Origin: Amphiscolops sp. MND2022
Taxonomy: Eukaryota
DNA: 64,000 nt
Assembly (NCBI GenBank): GCA_964187785.1
Contig: OZ076409.1
Location: forward strand, 85,314,001 to 85,378,000
Direction of reading: 5' to 3'
The position numbers and the translations under genes are program-made. Below are positions 13,647 to 26,959 of this stretch, piece after piece (the first letter of the stretch is position 1; every line of letters begins with the position of its first letter). The notes beneath the pieces were generated by a model. That model was not told the DNA's origin. It did no database searches and saw only the letters and a program-made list of their open reading frames with translations.

Positions 13647-13669
13647 GTTAGTCTCTCCCAATTTTTGAT

Positions 13670-14220
13670 TTTTCGGCACTCTGAGACTTCCCCCTTTTTT
13701 GGCTTTGTGAGATTTTGTGTCTCCAAATGGAGAAATTTCTCCCCTTCCATTTTTTTTTCATATTTTGCAACAGATGTTAAAACTCTCAAACAAAGAGTCC
13801 CCCTTTTACATTTTTCAACACTATGAGACTGTTTGAAATTCTCATTTTTGTCGGATATTTTGTTTTCCCAATAGATATCTTTTCTCAATATCTCAATATC
13901 AATAATTTTCCATTACTATCCGAATTTTTGACGTAATATCTGAAGTAAAGCACTATATCCGAATTTATGACGGTATTTTCGAATTAATCCGCGTTTTTCT
14001 GAGGAAGAAGATGAGGAGTATGATCAAAAAGAAGCGCTTGATATTGTTTCACCATGCTATACCTGAACTTCAGAGGTGTTTTCCGAGCATGAAAGGCACT
14101 CTTTGGGTGTTTCAAACCTGTTTTCTGAGTTTTGCATAAAAAAAGTCCCGGGCATATTTTAGAAATTTGCGCTTTTTGAGCTTTAGGTATAGCGCCGGCT
14201 CTAGACGTTCTCGTCTTGTT
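13670..14220 (+). mobile_element. HINE-like element (partial) just inside GPCR intron 1
   Basis: Ends ...gcgctttttgagctttaggtatagcgccggctctagacgttctcgtcttgtt, the reverse complement of the 4930/45831 terminus. Confidence 0.6.
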
Positions 14221-14288
14221 GTGTTTCTAACGAACTCAATGTTAGCTCGGTGAATACAAGAAAAAAGTACAAAAGCACGCACTATTGT

Positions 14289-14586
14289 TATTTTCCGCCC
14301 ACATATAATGGAGGAGAAAAATCATGATCTGTGTTACGTTTTTTTTCCAAATTCTGCCAAATCTCCTCCCAGTTAGTTCCTTAATCGGCATCACTACTTG
14401 AATATTTTATATAGTTACTTTATTTCATTTTAGTTACTTAGATACTTGAACTCCACTTGCCAAATCTCCACTATGGCGCAGTTGGTAGTGCGTCTGCCTG
14501 ACGGACACGAGGTCGTGGGTTCGAAAGCGGGCTGATGCGTTACATTTTTAGTGGAAAATACCCCGGTGCTTAGCGGGCGTCTTGTT
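14289..14586 (+). mobile_element. tRNA-cassette-containing element, copy 3
   Basis: Starts tattttccgccc; tggcgcagttggtagtgcgtctgcctgacggacacgaggtcgtgggttcgaa at ~14474-14526; ends gcttagcgggcgtcttgtt. Confidence 0.75.
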
Positions 14587-16505
14587 TCATATCATTTTTA
14601 ATTTGGGAATTTCACCCTGTTCTCCTGTTTAACATTCTTTCACCCTGGCCAACGTTTTCAGTCTCTCAAGACCTCAAAGCTTCATATGCATATTAATCAT
14701 TTATGCTGTCCGAATTTTGAACCCATATTCGATTCATTGGCATCCTCTTGCATGTGTTGGACATTCTTAACCTAGACAGTACACCGAGAAGTTGAAAAAG
14801 TGACAAAAAATAGCAAAAAAATTCAAAGCCTAATTTCTCCACGAATAATAGCGACAGCGCAAATCAATTTTCTGCTCATGAAAGCCCTTTACCTTTTAAA
14901 TGGACACTAGTTAGGCTGGGAGTTGGCGCCACTTTTGGGGTAGAAGTAGATGGGGTATAGAGTGTGACAGTAACTTAGCAAACAGTTGCTGTGGTATTGA
15001 CAAAAAGTTAATTTTCTGAAAAGTATTTTTTTGCAAATTTTCACTTTTTTCTAGTTACCTTTTTGCCGGTGGTTCGGAAAACAAACTATATTGACACAAA
15101 TACCAACTCGTTCCAGGTAGTCCAATAGATTGTTGATTAGAAAAACAAAACTTCGTTTTCCTAGAAGTTTTTTGCGCTTCGTAATATTTTATTGATTGTG
15201 AAAAAAATCGCTGTACCATTTGGGGACAAAAGCACTGTCGAGGTTAAAAAGATTATAAATCTTTTGTCGACTTTGTTCAACGTTGTTAAAAGATTTTGCA
15301 AAATTTTGTAGAGGTATTTAATCGCTAGGTGTCATGAAACTATTCAGTTTGTCTGAAAAAGATTTATAGTGTGCAAGAGCAACTTTAATCAAATCAATAC
15401 AGTTCATATTTCCCGATCTTCATCCTGCAAACGTCGATTTCAGCAACGTTTAGCTCCCAAACATCATTGAAACTTGAATGCAAAATAGAAAAAGTTTTAA
15501 AAAAGAGCATTTCAAGAAGTATAAACACAAAACAATTTGAACAAACTCTCAGTAGTTTACCGAAACAAGACGTATGCTAAGCATCAGAATATTTCAGCTA
15601 TTTGTAGAGGCTATTTTTGAAACTACTTACATTCCGACGAGCCTTGTTTAGAGAATTTTTTCGAACGGGAAACGTCAGTAGGTACCACAATTGAGTAACA
15701 GTTTTCACATTTCGAAAAGCCTATAGCAGAAATGTTTCCTGATTGCAACTGTTTGAACTTTTTACAAGTTTTTGTAGGTTACCAAGCTAATTTTTCATGT
15801 TATAAATTTCTCAAGGAATTTTCCATGACGTAAAATTTCACTGATCCAATTGAATTTTATCAAGCTGCCTAAAAGATGCATCCTAACTTTGGCGTCAATT
15901 CCGCGCCGCCACGTTTTGCCGGTTGCATTGAGACCCAGTTCTTGTATCAATGGCAGCTGAAACCTCATCAATTTTATCTCAATTTCAATGTTAATTCAGT
16001 CACTTTATAAGTTTCAACGTACCGTAATATTCAGCGTGCTATTTGACTAACGGTTATTCAATAATAAGTTACTTACAGTGGAAGCTGCATTAGAACCATA
16101 CAAAATTTTTCCATGCATTCTCCCTGAATGGATTGTAAAAAAATAACCTGCATGTTTCTATGCAGCATATAACATGCAGCATGTATTTCAACCGATCACG
16201 AATAGGGTTGCAGTAAGATTGTATCGGTATTGACCCTCTTGCTTCCATTTTAACAACCAATTGTGCTGTAAAATACATGTTCAGAAAGATCTATCGAAAA
16301 ATTAAAAATGTACCGTGGTACAATTCCGTAGCATAATTTTTCATTCAAATTTTGATCGCAATGAGCTTTTATCAAGAGCGTCATGAGTATGTACAATCTT
16401 TCGAAATCTTGTGAAGAGTTTAAAGAGATAAACAGATAGAAGTGCATGAAAAAAGCTGTCGCCAATGGTGGCTTGATCAGCATTCACAACCTATGCCAGT
16501 TACAT

Positions 16506-16947
16506 GACATTTCGTCCTATACACTTTCAACCTATGCACTTTCAACCGTTGCCATTTCAACCGCTCACAATTTCAACCTATTGCATTTTCAACCGTTCGC
16601 AATTTCGACCTAAACTAATTTTAGCTAATGGATCCTAATTAGTTATTAGAACATAATTATTTTGGTGGTTTCAACTTTCATACATTTCTAAATTCAAATG
16701 TGCTAATTTTTACGCCACTTTTGGTACCTTTTGGCTTCTTCATGAATTATTACAAATAATTAAGGCTGTTTGATTCATTAGTAATTATTACACCGGAAGA
16801 ATAGCTCAACCGAATTAAGACTGAATAGCCAAAATTAGTTTAGGTCGAAATTGCAAACGGTTGAAAATGCAATAAGTTGAAATTGTGAGCGGTTGAAATG
16901 GCAACGGTTGAAATTGCATAGGTTGAAACTGCATAGGATGAAATGTC
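16506..16947. mobile_element. Foldback-type MITE with ~125-bp TIRs built from ~15-bp tttcaacc subunits
   Basis: The left arm gacatttcgtcc...(tttcaacc)n...tttcgacctaaactaatttt is the reverse complement of the right arm aaaattagtttaggtcgaaa...(ggttgaaa)n...gaaatgtc. Confidence 0.85.
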
Positions 16948-18602
16948 CTGACACCACTCATGCCACATCCGTTCACACTACCAACCAGGTTATCAGATCT
17001 CAAATTTTAATACTTTGTTTTGCCCCATAACCTACTCTTCGAAGTACAATGATTCAAAGCTATCATTACTATCAATACTACTGTTGTAGCTAGTACAAAA
17101 AGTACCAAAGTGATTGAAAACAATATTAACGCTTGTTTTGCATGATATTTACTTTCTTGAGACTTTGTTAGGACTTTTACCAAGATTTCTGTTACTAAAC
17201 TCAAGAGCTTGTGGGGAGCAAGAAAAAATAAGATGTCATCAAGGTTTTTGAGAGTGAAGCGGAATATGTAAGAAGATTTTGGCAAGAATATCAAGATATT
17301 TTGCTTTGGGTTACATCTAGCAGGTAGATAGAGAATTGCATCTTCAACCATTCTGTATTTTTTCAAATTGGAACACTTTTTCGACTGAACGCTTTTAACA
17401 TGTCTCTTTTCGATATGACGAACAGAATTGAGATATAGCGCTTTTTCGTTTTGATCAAACCAACCAACTTTGAAGCTTTATCTTCTTGAATTGATATTGG
17501 AAAAATTCGAGGGATACCAAAGGATACCTATCTTTGACGTGTTCTCAACACAGTGGGACTAATATTTGTAATTTTTTCTTTACTTCCCGTTAATATTTGA
17601 TGTTTTGTTGTATTTTCGCGTTGTTCCCGAGACATTATGCGCTGGCGTTCAAAAAGTTCTCAATAGTGATGCCTTATATCACTCCTACCGCTGCTGAACG
17701 TTCTGAATGTTTTTTCCTCTATATTTCTTACGGTAACACTCTTAATCAATTTGTCATAATAGAGCCGTCTATGCATTTATAAACAAACTATCTGTAGAAG
17801 CACTCGTTTTAGTTACTTTATTCCGATACTTCTTTGTGAAACCATTGTGGGTGAAAGAAGTCTGATGTCTACCTTAGGGTGTCTTGCATGAGAAGGTAAA
17901 ATTACGGCAGTGCCACTGTGTTTTACGTTATTCTTTCTGTTTGGGAACGTGGAGAAAAGATTAAGGAACTTTTACGACCGCTTCGCTTTCCTTTTATATA
18001 GGCATATAGAAAATTTCTTTTTATAGAGAACCAAATTAAGAATTTTTCCGCCAGGATTGTACAAATTGGAAAATAGGTCTACATTAGCCCAACAACCCGT
18101 GATTTGGAGGCAAAATTACTTAACTCGACAAAGGAAACGTTCAAATGAAAATGAACCTCTTAATCTTTTCATTTTGAACAAAAGCTTGAGTCTAGAATCT
18201 TTGTTAAAAATTGAAGGCGAATTTAATGGCAAATTTTAACAGAACCAGAAACGATTTAAGGTTTTTTTACTGGGAAAATCTACTACCACACGATGTCCCT
18301 AAAAGCAATAATTGCATAACCACATATTATTCGAAGGACGGAAATATTCAATGTTATGTTATGTCAGATGCTAGATGTCACTGAAGTGACTCATAACTTC
18401 ACTGAACTGAAGTTACTCATAAACTTACATATACTACTTTTTGACTTTCATTCAATTCGAATACAAAAGTATTTCCGGGTATTAAACTCTTCGTTAAACT
18501 AAAAAGTATTTCTTATGCTATTCATAGTGAGTTGTTTTAGGCAATTTTGCTCCACTTTTTTGTATTTTTCATGTACCTCAGATACTTTTCATGGTACACT
18601 TA

Positions 18603-18994
18603 TTTAGTCGGCACATTTTTCTCTAAATGAAAAAAAACCCGACAATTACAGTGACTAATTTTTTTTCGTCAGACAAGAGAATGTATGCGTAGTCGACATA
18701 TTTTACAGAACTACTAAACTTCTCCGACCGGCAAGCGGATACGCATCTGTTAGTGCAAAGGGTCCCCCTTTCATTTACTCCAATATTAACGTAAGATACA
18801 AAACCGGACGAGACTATAGGGTCCCCCCTTTGACTTTTTTCGGCACTGTGCGACTTTATTTTTGAAATTTTTTGTCTCCAAAGGGTCTTCCTTCAATTTT
18901 TTTCATAATTTGCAACAAATGGTTCACCCTTTTACAATTTTAAAATTTTTGCGCTTTTTGAGCCTTAGACATTGCGCCGACCTCAGACCTGTTT
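18603..18994 (+). mobile_element. HINE-like element
   Basis: Starts tttagtcggcacattttt...aaaacccgacaattacagtgac; ends gcgctttttgagccttagacattgcgccgacc. Confidence 0.6.
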
Positions 18995-20115
18995 TGTTTA
19001 CTTTATACAGTTACGTTACCCTGTATGTAGTAATAATTGAATATTCAATATATATTCAGGTTCATGATTTTTATTGATCAGGTTCATGATTTTTACGAAA
19101 CATGAGGCTCGGGCTACGTTCAACCAAAATTATCACTTGTCGTAACGTCCCTCAAACTTCCATCTAATGATGCAAGTGGAACATGTTAACATGTTGCAGA
19201 AATTTGATGAAAAAACCTACCCTAATAATCCGATGTGGGACGTGGCATTGAACATGTGATGTAAAAATAAGACAGAAAAAGACCAACGAAGAAGAAGACC
19301 AACGAACTGAAAACTGAGAAAACTTTTTAAAAAACTCTCTTCACAGGTGCTAAAGTTATTTTTTATGTGTTCTAGCAAAATGCTTCCTACAGTAGCGAAA
19401 ACTGGAAAATGAATTTTTCTGCTTGAGCATCTTTGTTTGGTAGTTGGAGCCTCAGCTTTTGGCTGTGTGGTCTGCCGCTTCGTTGCATGATTGTATGGAT
19501 TATCACTATTTGTAGCTGTATTATATAGCTTGAGAGCTACTTTCGGTATTTTAGACGATAGTCTACCTGTCACACGATAATTGGAAAATGCCTTTATTCT
19601 TGGCCTAGTTTTTAAAAGCCTTTTGAACGGTGGTCCTTAGAATGTCAGAAGACAGATTCTCGTTACTATTCCCTAGCAGTCACAGACAAGGACCGGTCGG
19701 TAAGTATTCAGCCGGAGCGGACCTCCCCCGGCGCAACGGGACGTATTTCTCCCTGGAGTCAAAATAGACTTGTGGCGATGGGAGCCAGTCCCGGGCAATA
19801 TTCCCAATCTGCGGTTCCTTCACCTCCAGTAAGGTGTTATGCGACCAATCACTGCGCACCGTTACATTTTGTTAACTCCTACAAAGCAAGTCGCTTTTTT
19901 AAAATTTGTATCCATATGGTAACATGGAATATTTTTTTATGGATTCCCAGAAAATTGTACTTCCGTGCATTGCAGAAAAAATGTGCGACATGTCGCTACT
20001 AGCTCAGAGAAAGATGCAAAAACCCAGATGGAGGAAAAACAAGTCTTGAAGCAACTATCAATTTCTGCCGCTCTTACATTTTGCGGAGATTGTGCTCTTT
20101 CGAACCTGAATTTTG

Positions 20116-23100
20116 AGGGTCAGACTTCTAGTCATCTAGACGTGACCCTGAAGCGATACATGTAAGGCAACACGCCTATGCCACCCGAGCACGTTTGGAG
20201 AGAAATATAGTGAATTAAATGGGGAGAAAATTACTTCTCATCTTACCCTAGAAGTAGTCATAAAGCAAATTAAAAGCCTCAAAATGAAGAAAAAAACCCT
20301 TGCTAATTGAACCAAGGATATACATGTATATGGGTATGTCTCGGACTCTAAAAACCGAATCTTAAATTGAATTATCTAATGGTGGAATGATTTTTAGATT
20401 TAACATTGCTTTTGCATGAAATCCTTACTCCTTTTGTTTTCTTTTAAAACCAGTTATGCGTATATCAGTTCTGTCTTGTATTTTTCCCAAAGCAATCCAA
20501 CCTCTTCTTGAAAATTGCGTTTTGTAGGCAGCTGCCTAGCGCAACAATGGCTTCTCGAATCTTCTTGTCATCTTCGTTCCTAATCTGCCTCTTATCTTAT
20601 TCATTAGGGCACGTCGGCAATGTCTTAGTTAAAAATCAAAATTTTCTCAACAAATCAAATCAATTTTGAACAATCAACGATCGATAATACACTTCCAAAA
20701 CACTTCCTTCTTTGAGACAGTTTGCATTCCACACCCTCGCCTTTGGCCATAGTTGACCGTAGCTACCTTCTTGCAAAAGAAGAGAACTAAATTTACAATC
20801 AAATAGTTAATATTTTGATGTAAAAAAATTAAAAGAGCGCGCAAAATCTCGTTTATCATTAAACTGAGTTTGTATCTGCTTTACTGTATCTAATTACTTC
20901 TTAACTTGGTGAACCTAGGGTTTGGGGGTGCTGAGATTGTTTCCCAGGAAAATCAGCACAAAACAAATCTATTCAGGGCATTATAATCCTAACAATGTCC
21001 AATTTCATTATTTTCTGCCCATAGCTCGTGATGAGAAGGGAAAATTACAAATTCAGTCGCATTTTTTCAAAGTTTTTCAATGTTCCAATTTGATACCCAA
21101 ATTGAGAAGGTTCTTACATAAAAATCAACTACCAAAAAAGAAGGTTCGAAGCAAAAGTATTTGTGGAAAATATTTTTAGAAAACAATGTCTACGAAAATT
21201 GTCCCTAACCTCGACAGTAATTTCGTCCTCAAATTTTCTCGCAAAAAATACAAAACGCAAAAAGAATGTAGGAAAACGAAACTTGGTCTTTCTTGTCAAC
21301 AATTTACCCGGCGTGAGTTATTTGTGTCAATGTAGCTTTTTCCCCCGAGCCACCGGCAAAAAAAGTAACTGGAAAAAGTGAAAATTTTCAAAGTTTCACA
21401 TTTCAGAGAAATTGCCTTTTCTCAATAACTGAGCAACTGATTGCTAAGTTACTGTCCTACTCTAATAACACAGCAGGCCTCCATTGAAAATGCATATAGA
21501 AGTTTTTTCTATGAAGATTCAGTTCCGAGTTTGATCGGCATTTGAAAGGCTAAGCGGCGCCAACTCCCAGCCTAACTAGTATGCATTTGAGAGCGTAGGG
21601 AAAGGGCTTTCAGGAGCAGAAAACTGTTTTTTACTTCTCAGTGTACTGTCGAGGCTAAGTAACAACACAAATTTCAAAAGTGTCCATTTTTGACCATTGT
21701 TATGCAATTTTTAAGCCAATTTTGAATGTTTTATCAGTTGAAAAATCCCTAGACAAAAACATTGCGGCACAGCACGCTTTTTAAAAAGATCGGAAAGGCT
21801 GTTATTGTTCGAAACTGCCAAACGTTCCTACCCCAAAAACTGCATTTTTCCAGGGTCAGACTTCTAGTCATCTAGACGTGACCCTGAAGCGATACATGTA
21901 AGGCAACACGCCTATGCCACCCGAGCACGTTTGGAGAGAAATATAGTGAATTAAATGGGAAGAAAATTACTTCTCATCTTACCCTAGAAGTAGTCATAAA
22001 GCAAATTAAAAGCCTCAAAATGAAGAAAAAAACCTTGCTAATTGAACCAAGGATATACATGTATATGGGTATGTCTCGGACTCTAAAAACCGAATCTTAA
22101 ATTGAATTATCTAATGGTGGAATGATTTTTAGATTTAACATTGCTTTTGCATGAAATCCTTACTCCTTTTGTTTTCTTTTAAAACCAGTTATGCGTATAT
22201 CAGTTCTGTCTTGTATTTTTCCCAAAGCAATCCAACCACTTCTTGAAAATTGCGTTTTGTAGGCAGCTGCCTAGCGCAACAATGGCTTCTCGAATCTTCT
22301 TGTCATCTTCGTTCATAATCTGCCTCTTATCTTATTCATTAGGGCACGTCGGCAATGTCTTAGTTAAAAATCAAAATTTTCTCAACAAATCAATTTTGAA
22401 CAATCAACGATCGATAATACACTTCCAAAACACTTCCTTCTTTGAGACAGTTTGCATTCCACACCCTCGCCTTTGGCCATAGTTGACCGTAGCTACCTTC
22501 TTGCAAAAGAAGAGAACTAAATTTACAATCAAATAGTTAATATTTTGATGTAAAAAAATTAAAAGAGCGCGCAAAATCTCGTTTATCATTAAACTGAGTT
22601 TGTATCTGCTTTACTGTATCTAATTACTTCTTAACTTGGTGAACCTAGGGTTTGGGGGTGCTGAGATTGTTTCCCAGGAAAATCAGCACAAAACAAATCT
22701 ATTCAGGGCATTATAATCCTAACAATGTCCAATTTCATTATTTTCTGCCCATAGCTCGTAATGAGAAGGGAAAATTACAAATTCAGTCGCATTTTTTCAA
22801 AGTTTTTCAATGTTCCAATTTGATACCCAAATTGAGAAGGTTCTTACATAAAAATCAACTACCAAAAAAGAAGGTTCGAAGCAAAAGTATTTGTGGAAAA
22901 TATTTTTAGAAAACAATGTCTACGAAAATTGTCCCTAACCTCGACAGTAATTTCGTCCTCAAATTTTCTCGCAAAAAATACAAAACGCAAAAAGAATGTA
23001 GGAAAACGAAACTTGGTCTTTCTTGTCAACAATTTACCCGGCGTGAGTTATTTGTGTCAATGTAGCTTTTTCCCCCGAGCCACCGGCAAAAAAAGTAACT

Positions 23101-23579
23101 GGAAAAAGTGAAAATTTTCAAAGTTTCACATTTCAGAGAAATTGCCTTTTCTCAATAACTGAGCAACTGATTGCTAAGTTACTGTCCTACTCTAATAACA
23201 CAGCAGGCCTCCATTGAAAATGCATATAGAAGTTTTTTCTCTGAAGATTCAGTTATGAGTTTGATCGGCATTTGAAAGGCTAAGCGGCGCCAACTCCCAG
23301 CCTAACTAGTATGCATTTGAGAGCGTAGGGAAAGGGCTTTCAGGAGCAGAAAACTGTTTTTTACTTCTCAGTGTACTGTCGAGGCTAAGTAACAACACAA
23401 ATTTCAAAAGTGTCCATTTTTGACCATTGTTATGCAATTTTTAAGCCGATTTTGAATGTTTTATCAGTTGAAAAATCCCTAGACAAAAACATTGAGGCAC
23501 AGCACGCTTTTAAAAAAGATCGGAAAGGCTGTTTTTGTTCGAAACTGCCAAACGTTCCTACCCCAAAAACTGCATTTTT
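20116..23579 (+). repeat. Near-identical direct tandem duplication, unit ~1.73 kb (20116-21851 / 21852-23579)
   Basis: Both units begin agggtcagacttctagtcatc and end ...ccccaaaaactgcattttt; ORF-track peptides repeat at an offset of 1730. Confidence 0.97.
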
Positions 23580-24169
23580 TAAAAATTTCAACCGTGTAAT
23601 GCTGTTTTGAACAATTTTCGAATGTTTTAATGGGTATGAAGATCTTCAAGTTATAAATCTGTTTACATGAATCTGTTTTATGAATTCATAGAATTTACAT
23701 ATCAAAAATGCTTCAAAAATCTCAAAATGAAACAAAAAACACATGGAAAAATCAATTTTGGAAAAATCGAGAAGTTTTTGTCAGTTTAATTATAAACAAC
23801 TTTCAACACCACGAATAGACAAACACTTGGAACTTAGCAAGCTTTGGTTTGAAGAAATAATTAAAACCGCGAAAAGAACTAAAATAGTGTCGAACATTTC
23901 CGTTTGGGGAGCAGTGTGTAGTAGTAAGATCATTCGTCCTGTTTTCAGACGGACTCAGGTTCCAACGTTTTCTCATTTCGCGGTTGTTAGGCCGCAATAA
24001 TTACCTTCATCACTAGTTTAATGGTATGGTCATGAGCGAAAATAACACATTTTTCGAACAAAAATCAAAAGAGCAACACCAAGCAATCAGAACTACGTGA
24101 CTTTGATCAAGCGAACTTTTAAATCAAACCTTCGAGCTGGCCAATGCTTGACCACTTCGCTGCAATGCG

Positions 24170-24533
24170 GTATGGAAAACTCAATACAAAAACTCAACAC
24201 ATTGTAAAAATCAATCAGAAATCTCAACACAAAAACTTAGTACAATTAATCAATGTTAGTTAACATCTCAATTGACTTTAATTTCCGAAATCTAACTAAT
24301 TGTTAAATCGGTCTAATTTCTGTTCACACTTAGTCATAATTGCGACTCATTTATTTTTAGAAAAAGTGTGCCAAATACATAAATTATGAGCAGTGCGCAC
24401 AAGGAAAATACATGTATAATATATATCACAGTTATTACAAATTATGCATGTATTCAGTAGCCTAAAAAGTGTTGAGTTTTCTGTATTGACTTTTCTTGTG
24501 TTGAGTTTTCTCGTGTTGAGTTTTCTGGTAATG
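24170..24533. mobile_element. MITE-like element with repeat-built TIRs (aaaactcaacac / gtgttgagtttt)
   Basis: The left end has repeated aaaactcaa(t/c)ac; the right end has repeated gtgttgagttttc. Confidence 0.6.
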
Positions 24534-26959
24534 GCTGCAATTATGGTACCATACTTTGTCTTGGGGAGATGCTATCGAACATGACGGTAACGTCTGAGGT
24601 TTCCCGCTTGAGACTCACTCAAAGAGGGAACATTTTAAAACTTGCTCAGGACGGCGTTTTTGAAGGAGATACAGAAACAATGCAGTGCCGAGAAATACAC
24701 TGATAGAACTTTTTGTGCTCGGAGAACGTTTTTCACAACCTGAAAACGTCCCATTTTTGAGAAACGCCTAATAAAAATGGCAATATTCTTCGTATTTTGA
24801 ATGTTTCATACGACTGCTATGCCATGTTTGAATGTTTTTGTCGTTTTAAGTTTTACATAGAATTCAACCACAAATGATCTTGTTCTAATTTGAAGAGAAA
24901 AATTTCCAACGTGAACTGGTCGACTTTCTTAAGCACCCATGTTTGTGCGTAAAACAGCTCTTCCAACTTCTCCAGTTCTCAATATGATGTTTCAGTGTTC
25001 CGGTAAAAAGCTGGTTAAAGGACGAAATAACCGATCATGAATGCAGCGAATGCTGGATGTTAACTAGACGCTGTTAACTAGAGGCTAGAGAATATGGTAT
25101 TTGTTTTTGATGCACAGGAATTGAGCCTCAGCAGTTGAACTATGAAACTATGGCCAGTAGTACATTAGCTAATAGGTTGTCACTACTGCGTTAGGTTTAT
25201 GATAAGTTCGATACTTGTACGATACAATCATTCTTTCAGAAGGATGCAATTGTTATCAAAAATGAATGAAAAAACGTGAAATACCTATGCTCCATCGATT
25301 TTTTCAGAAACTCATTCCAAATTGTTCAGTACTTCGAAGCGTGATACAGAGTTTTGAATTATTTTAGTATTGCAATCAACTTTTTGTTCAATGGAGTTTA
25401 GGTTCCAGTTCTTCTATGAATAAGTGACACTTTTTTGTAGACATGGTTCTGATTTTGACAATTTTACATGATTGCTTATTGCAAATATCTAATATTATGT
25501 ATTTGTTTATTCAAAAACTTAATTCTATGATTTTTCTCAAACCAAAAACATTGGTTCTTACAGATGAAATATTCCATGTTAGGTTTGACATCTTTAAACT
25601 TGGTGGTCGAAAACTTGGTGGAATTGCTCAATGTCAAATCTTGGCAAGGTTCATGAGAATTGTTCCATCAGTAACATCCCAAACCCCCCCAAGCAAAGAA
25701 AACTAAGAGTTAGGTATTTTAACTGATATCTCCTAAACTAAAAGGGAACGTTGCCTAAGAGCTTTGGTATCCTAAACCTAAAACTTTCCCAGATTTCAGA
25801 GTTTCAATGGAGATTTTGCGAGGATTTCCAGGGTTTGTTGGAAGCTTTCGTCCGTAGTTAGACATATACAGATTTTGGCGGCATATTAATAGGCAGTTAA
25901 TAACACATCTCGTAGGACAAAATTTTAGAATTGGATTTTTCGCGTTTCTGATTTCTCAATTTTCTTATTTGATTGAAGAGCTCATGAGAGCCAATTAGAT
26001 GCCTACAACTTCTGCAATTTCCTTTTTCAAAAGTACGAAGACGTTGAAAATGCGTCTTTTCTTGTCTCCATAATGACCCTCTAAAATATTTAAATGATTT
26101 TTTAAACCAAGACGCCCACCGAGCTAGTTTCCGCCCGAAAGTCTTTTACAACGACATAAATTTGAGGCTGAAGAAAAGCCAATGCACTATGAAAATGCAA
26201 AGACGATCGAAGAAAAGATGGTTTTGAGTCATCTTAGTTCACTTTTAAAGCAAACCCTTAATTCATAAACACTCTAAGAAGCTAATTGTTTCGTTGTTGA
26301 ACTATGTGGATACCGGTACCTACCTAACATGGCTAATTATCAGTCATCGCTTTTCGTCAGGAAAGAGCGACTATAGTCATGGCTTTTTGTCAAAATTGTT
26401 TTTTCGATAACACCTGATCTACCAAAGATTCTTCAACTTTTCAAGTGAGTAACTTCTCACTGGCACTCGAAATACGCGGTTTCTCAAATACGCGGGAGAA
26501 TATGCGGAATTTGCGGCGCATATAACTGACATGTCTGGACGGGACTCAAAAGTTATGTGCAAATTATCCGGTGTGCAATTAGACGAAGACTACTGTATAC
26601 GTTTCCAAAATGTTTTTTCGAAAGCGTGTCTACGAAATGCAATAAGGGATCTTTTCTGTTAATTCCCCACCACTGTCAGCAATGAGTTTCATCTGCAGTT
26701 GGAGTTATGAAATACTGCAATTTGATTGGTTGTTATTCAATGATTAATTTGGTTGAGTGGTTGAATCAATGATAATTTCACTTGACCGCTTAACTGGGGG
26801 GGGGGGGTTAAATTGGGGGGGGGGGGGGGGGGCGGGAGGTGCAATAAATAGAAAAGATCCGCAAAAAGAGTCTACTTCCGAATGCCTTCTGATTTTGGTG
26901 TACAATTTTAGGACGTTTTGTTGTTGAATCCAAAGTTCTGAGGCTGACAAGACTTAAAT

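Noticed and set aside
13183..13679. Overlapping alternative-frame and antisense ORFs on the GPCR exons (also 48854-49250)
   Set aside because: Shadow ORFs caused by high GC3 codon usage.
13647..13826. Read-through C-terminus of ORF 13140-13826
   Set aside because: It lies after a strong GTTAGT donor and translates transposon sequence.
14471..14540. Functional tRNA gene
   Set aside because: The acceptor stem is not intact, the anticodon differs among the three copies, and it is embedded in a dispersed repeat.
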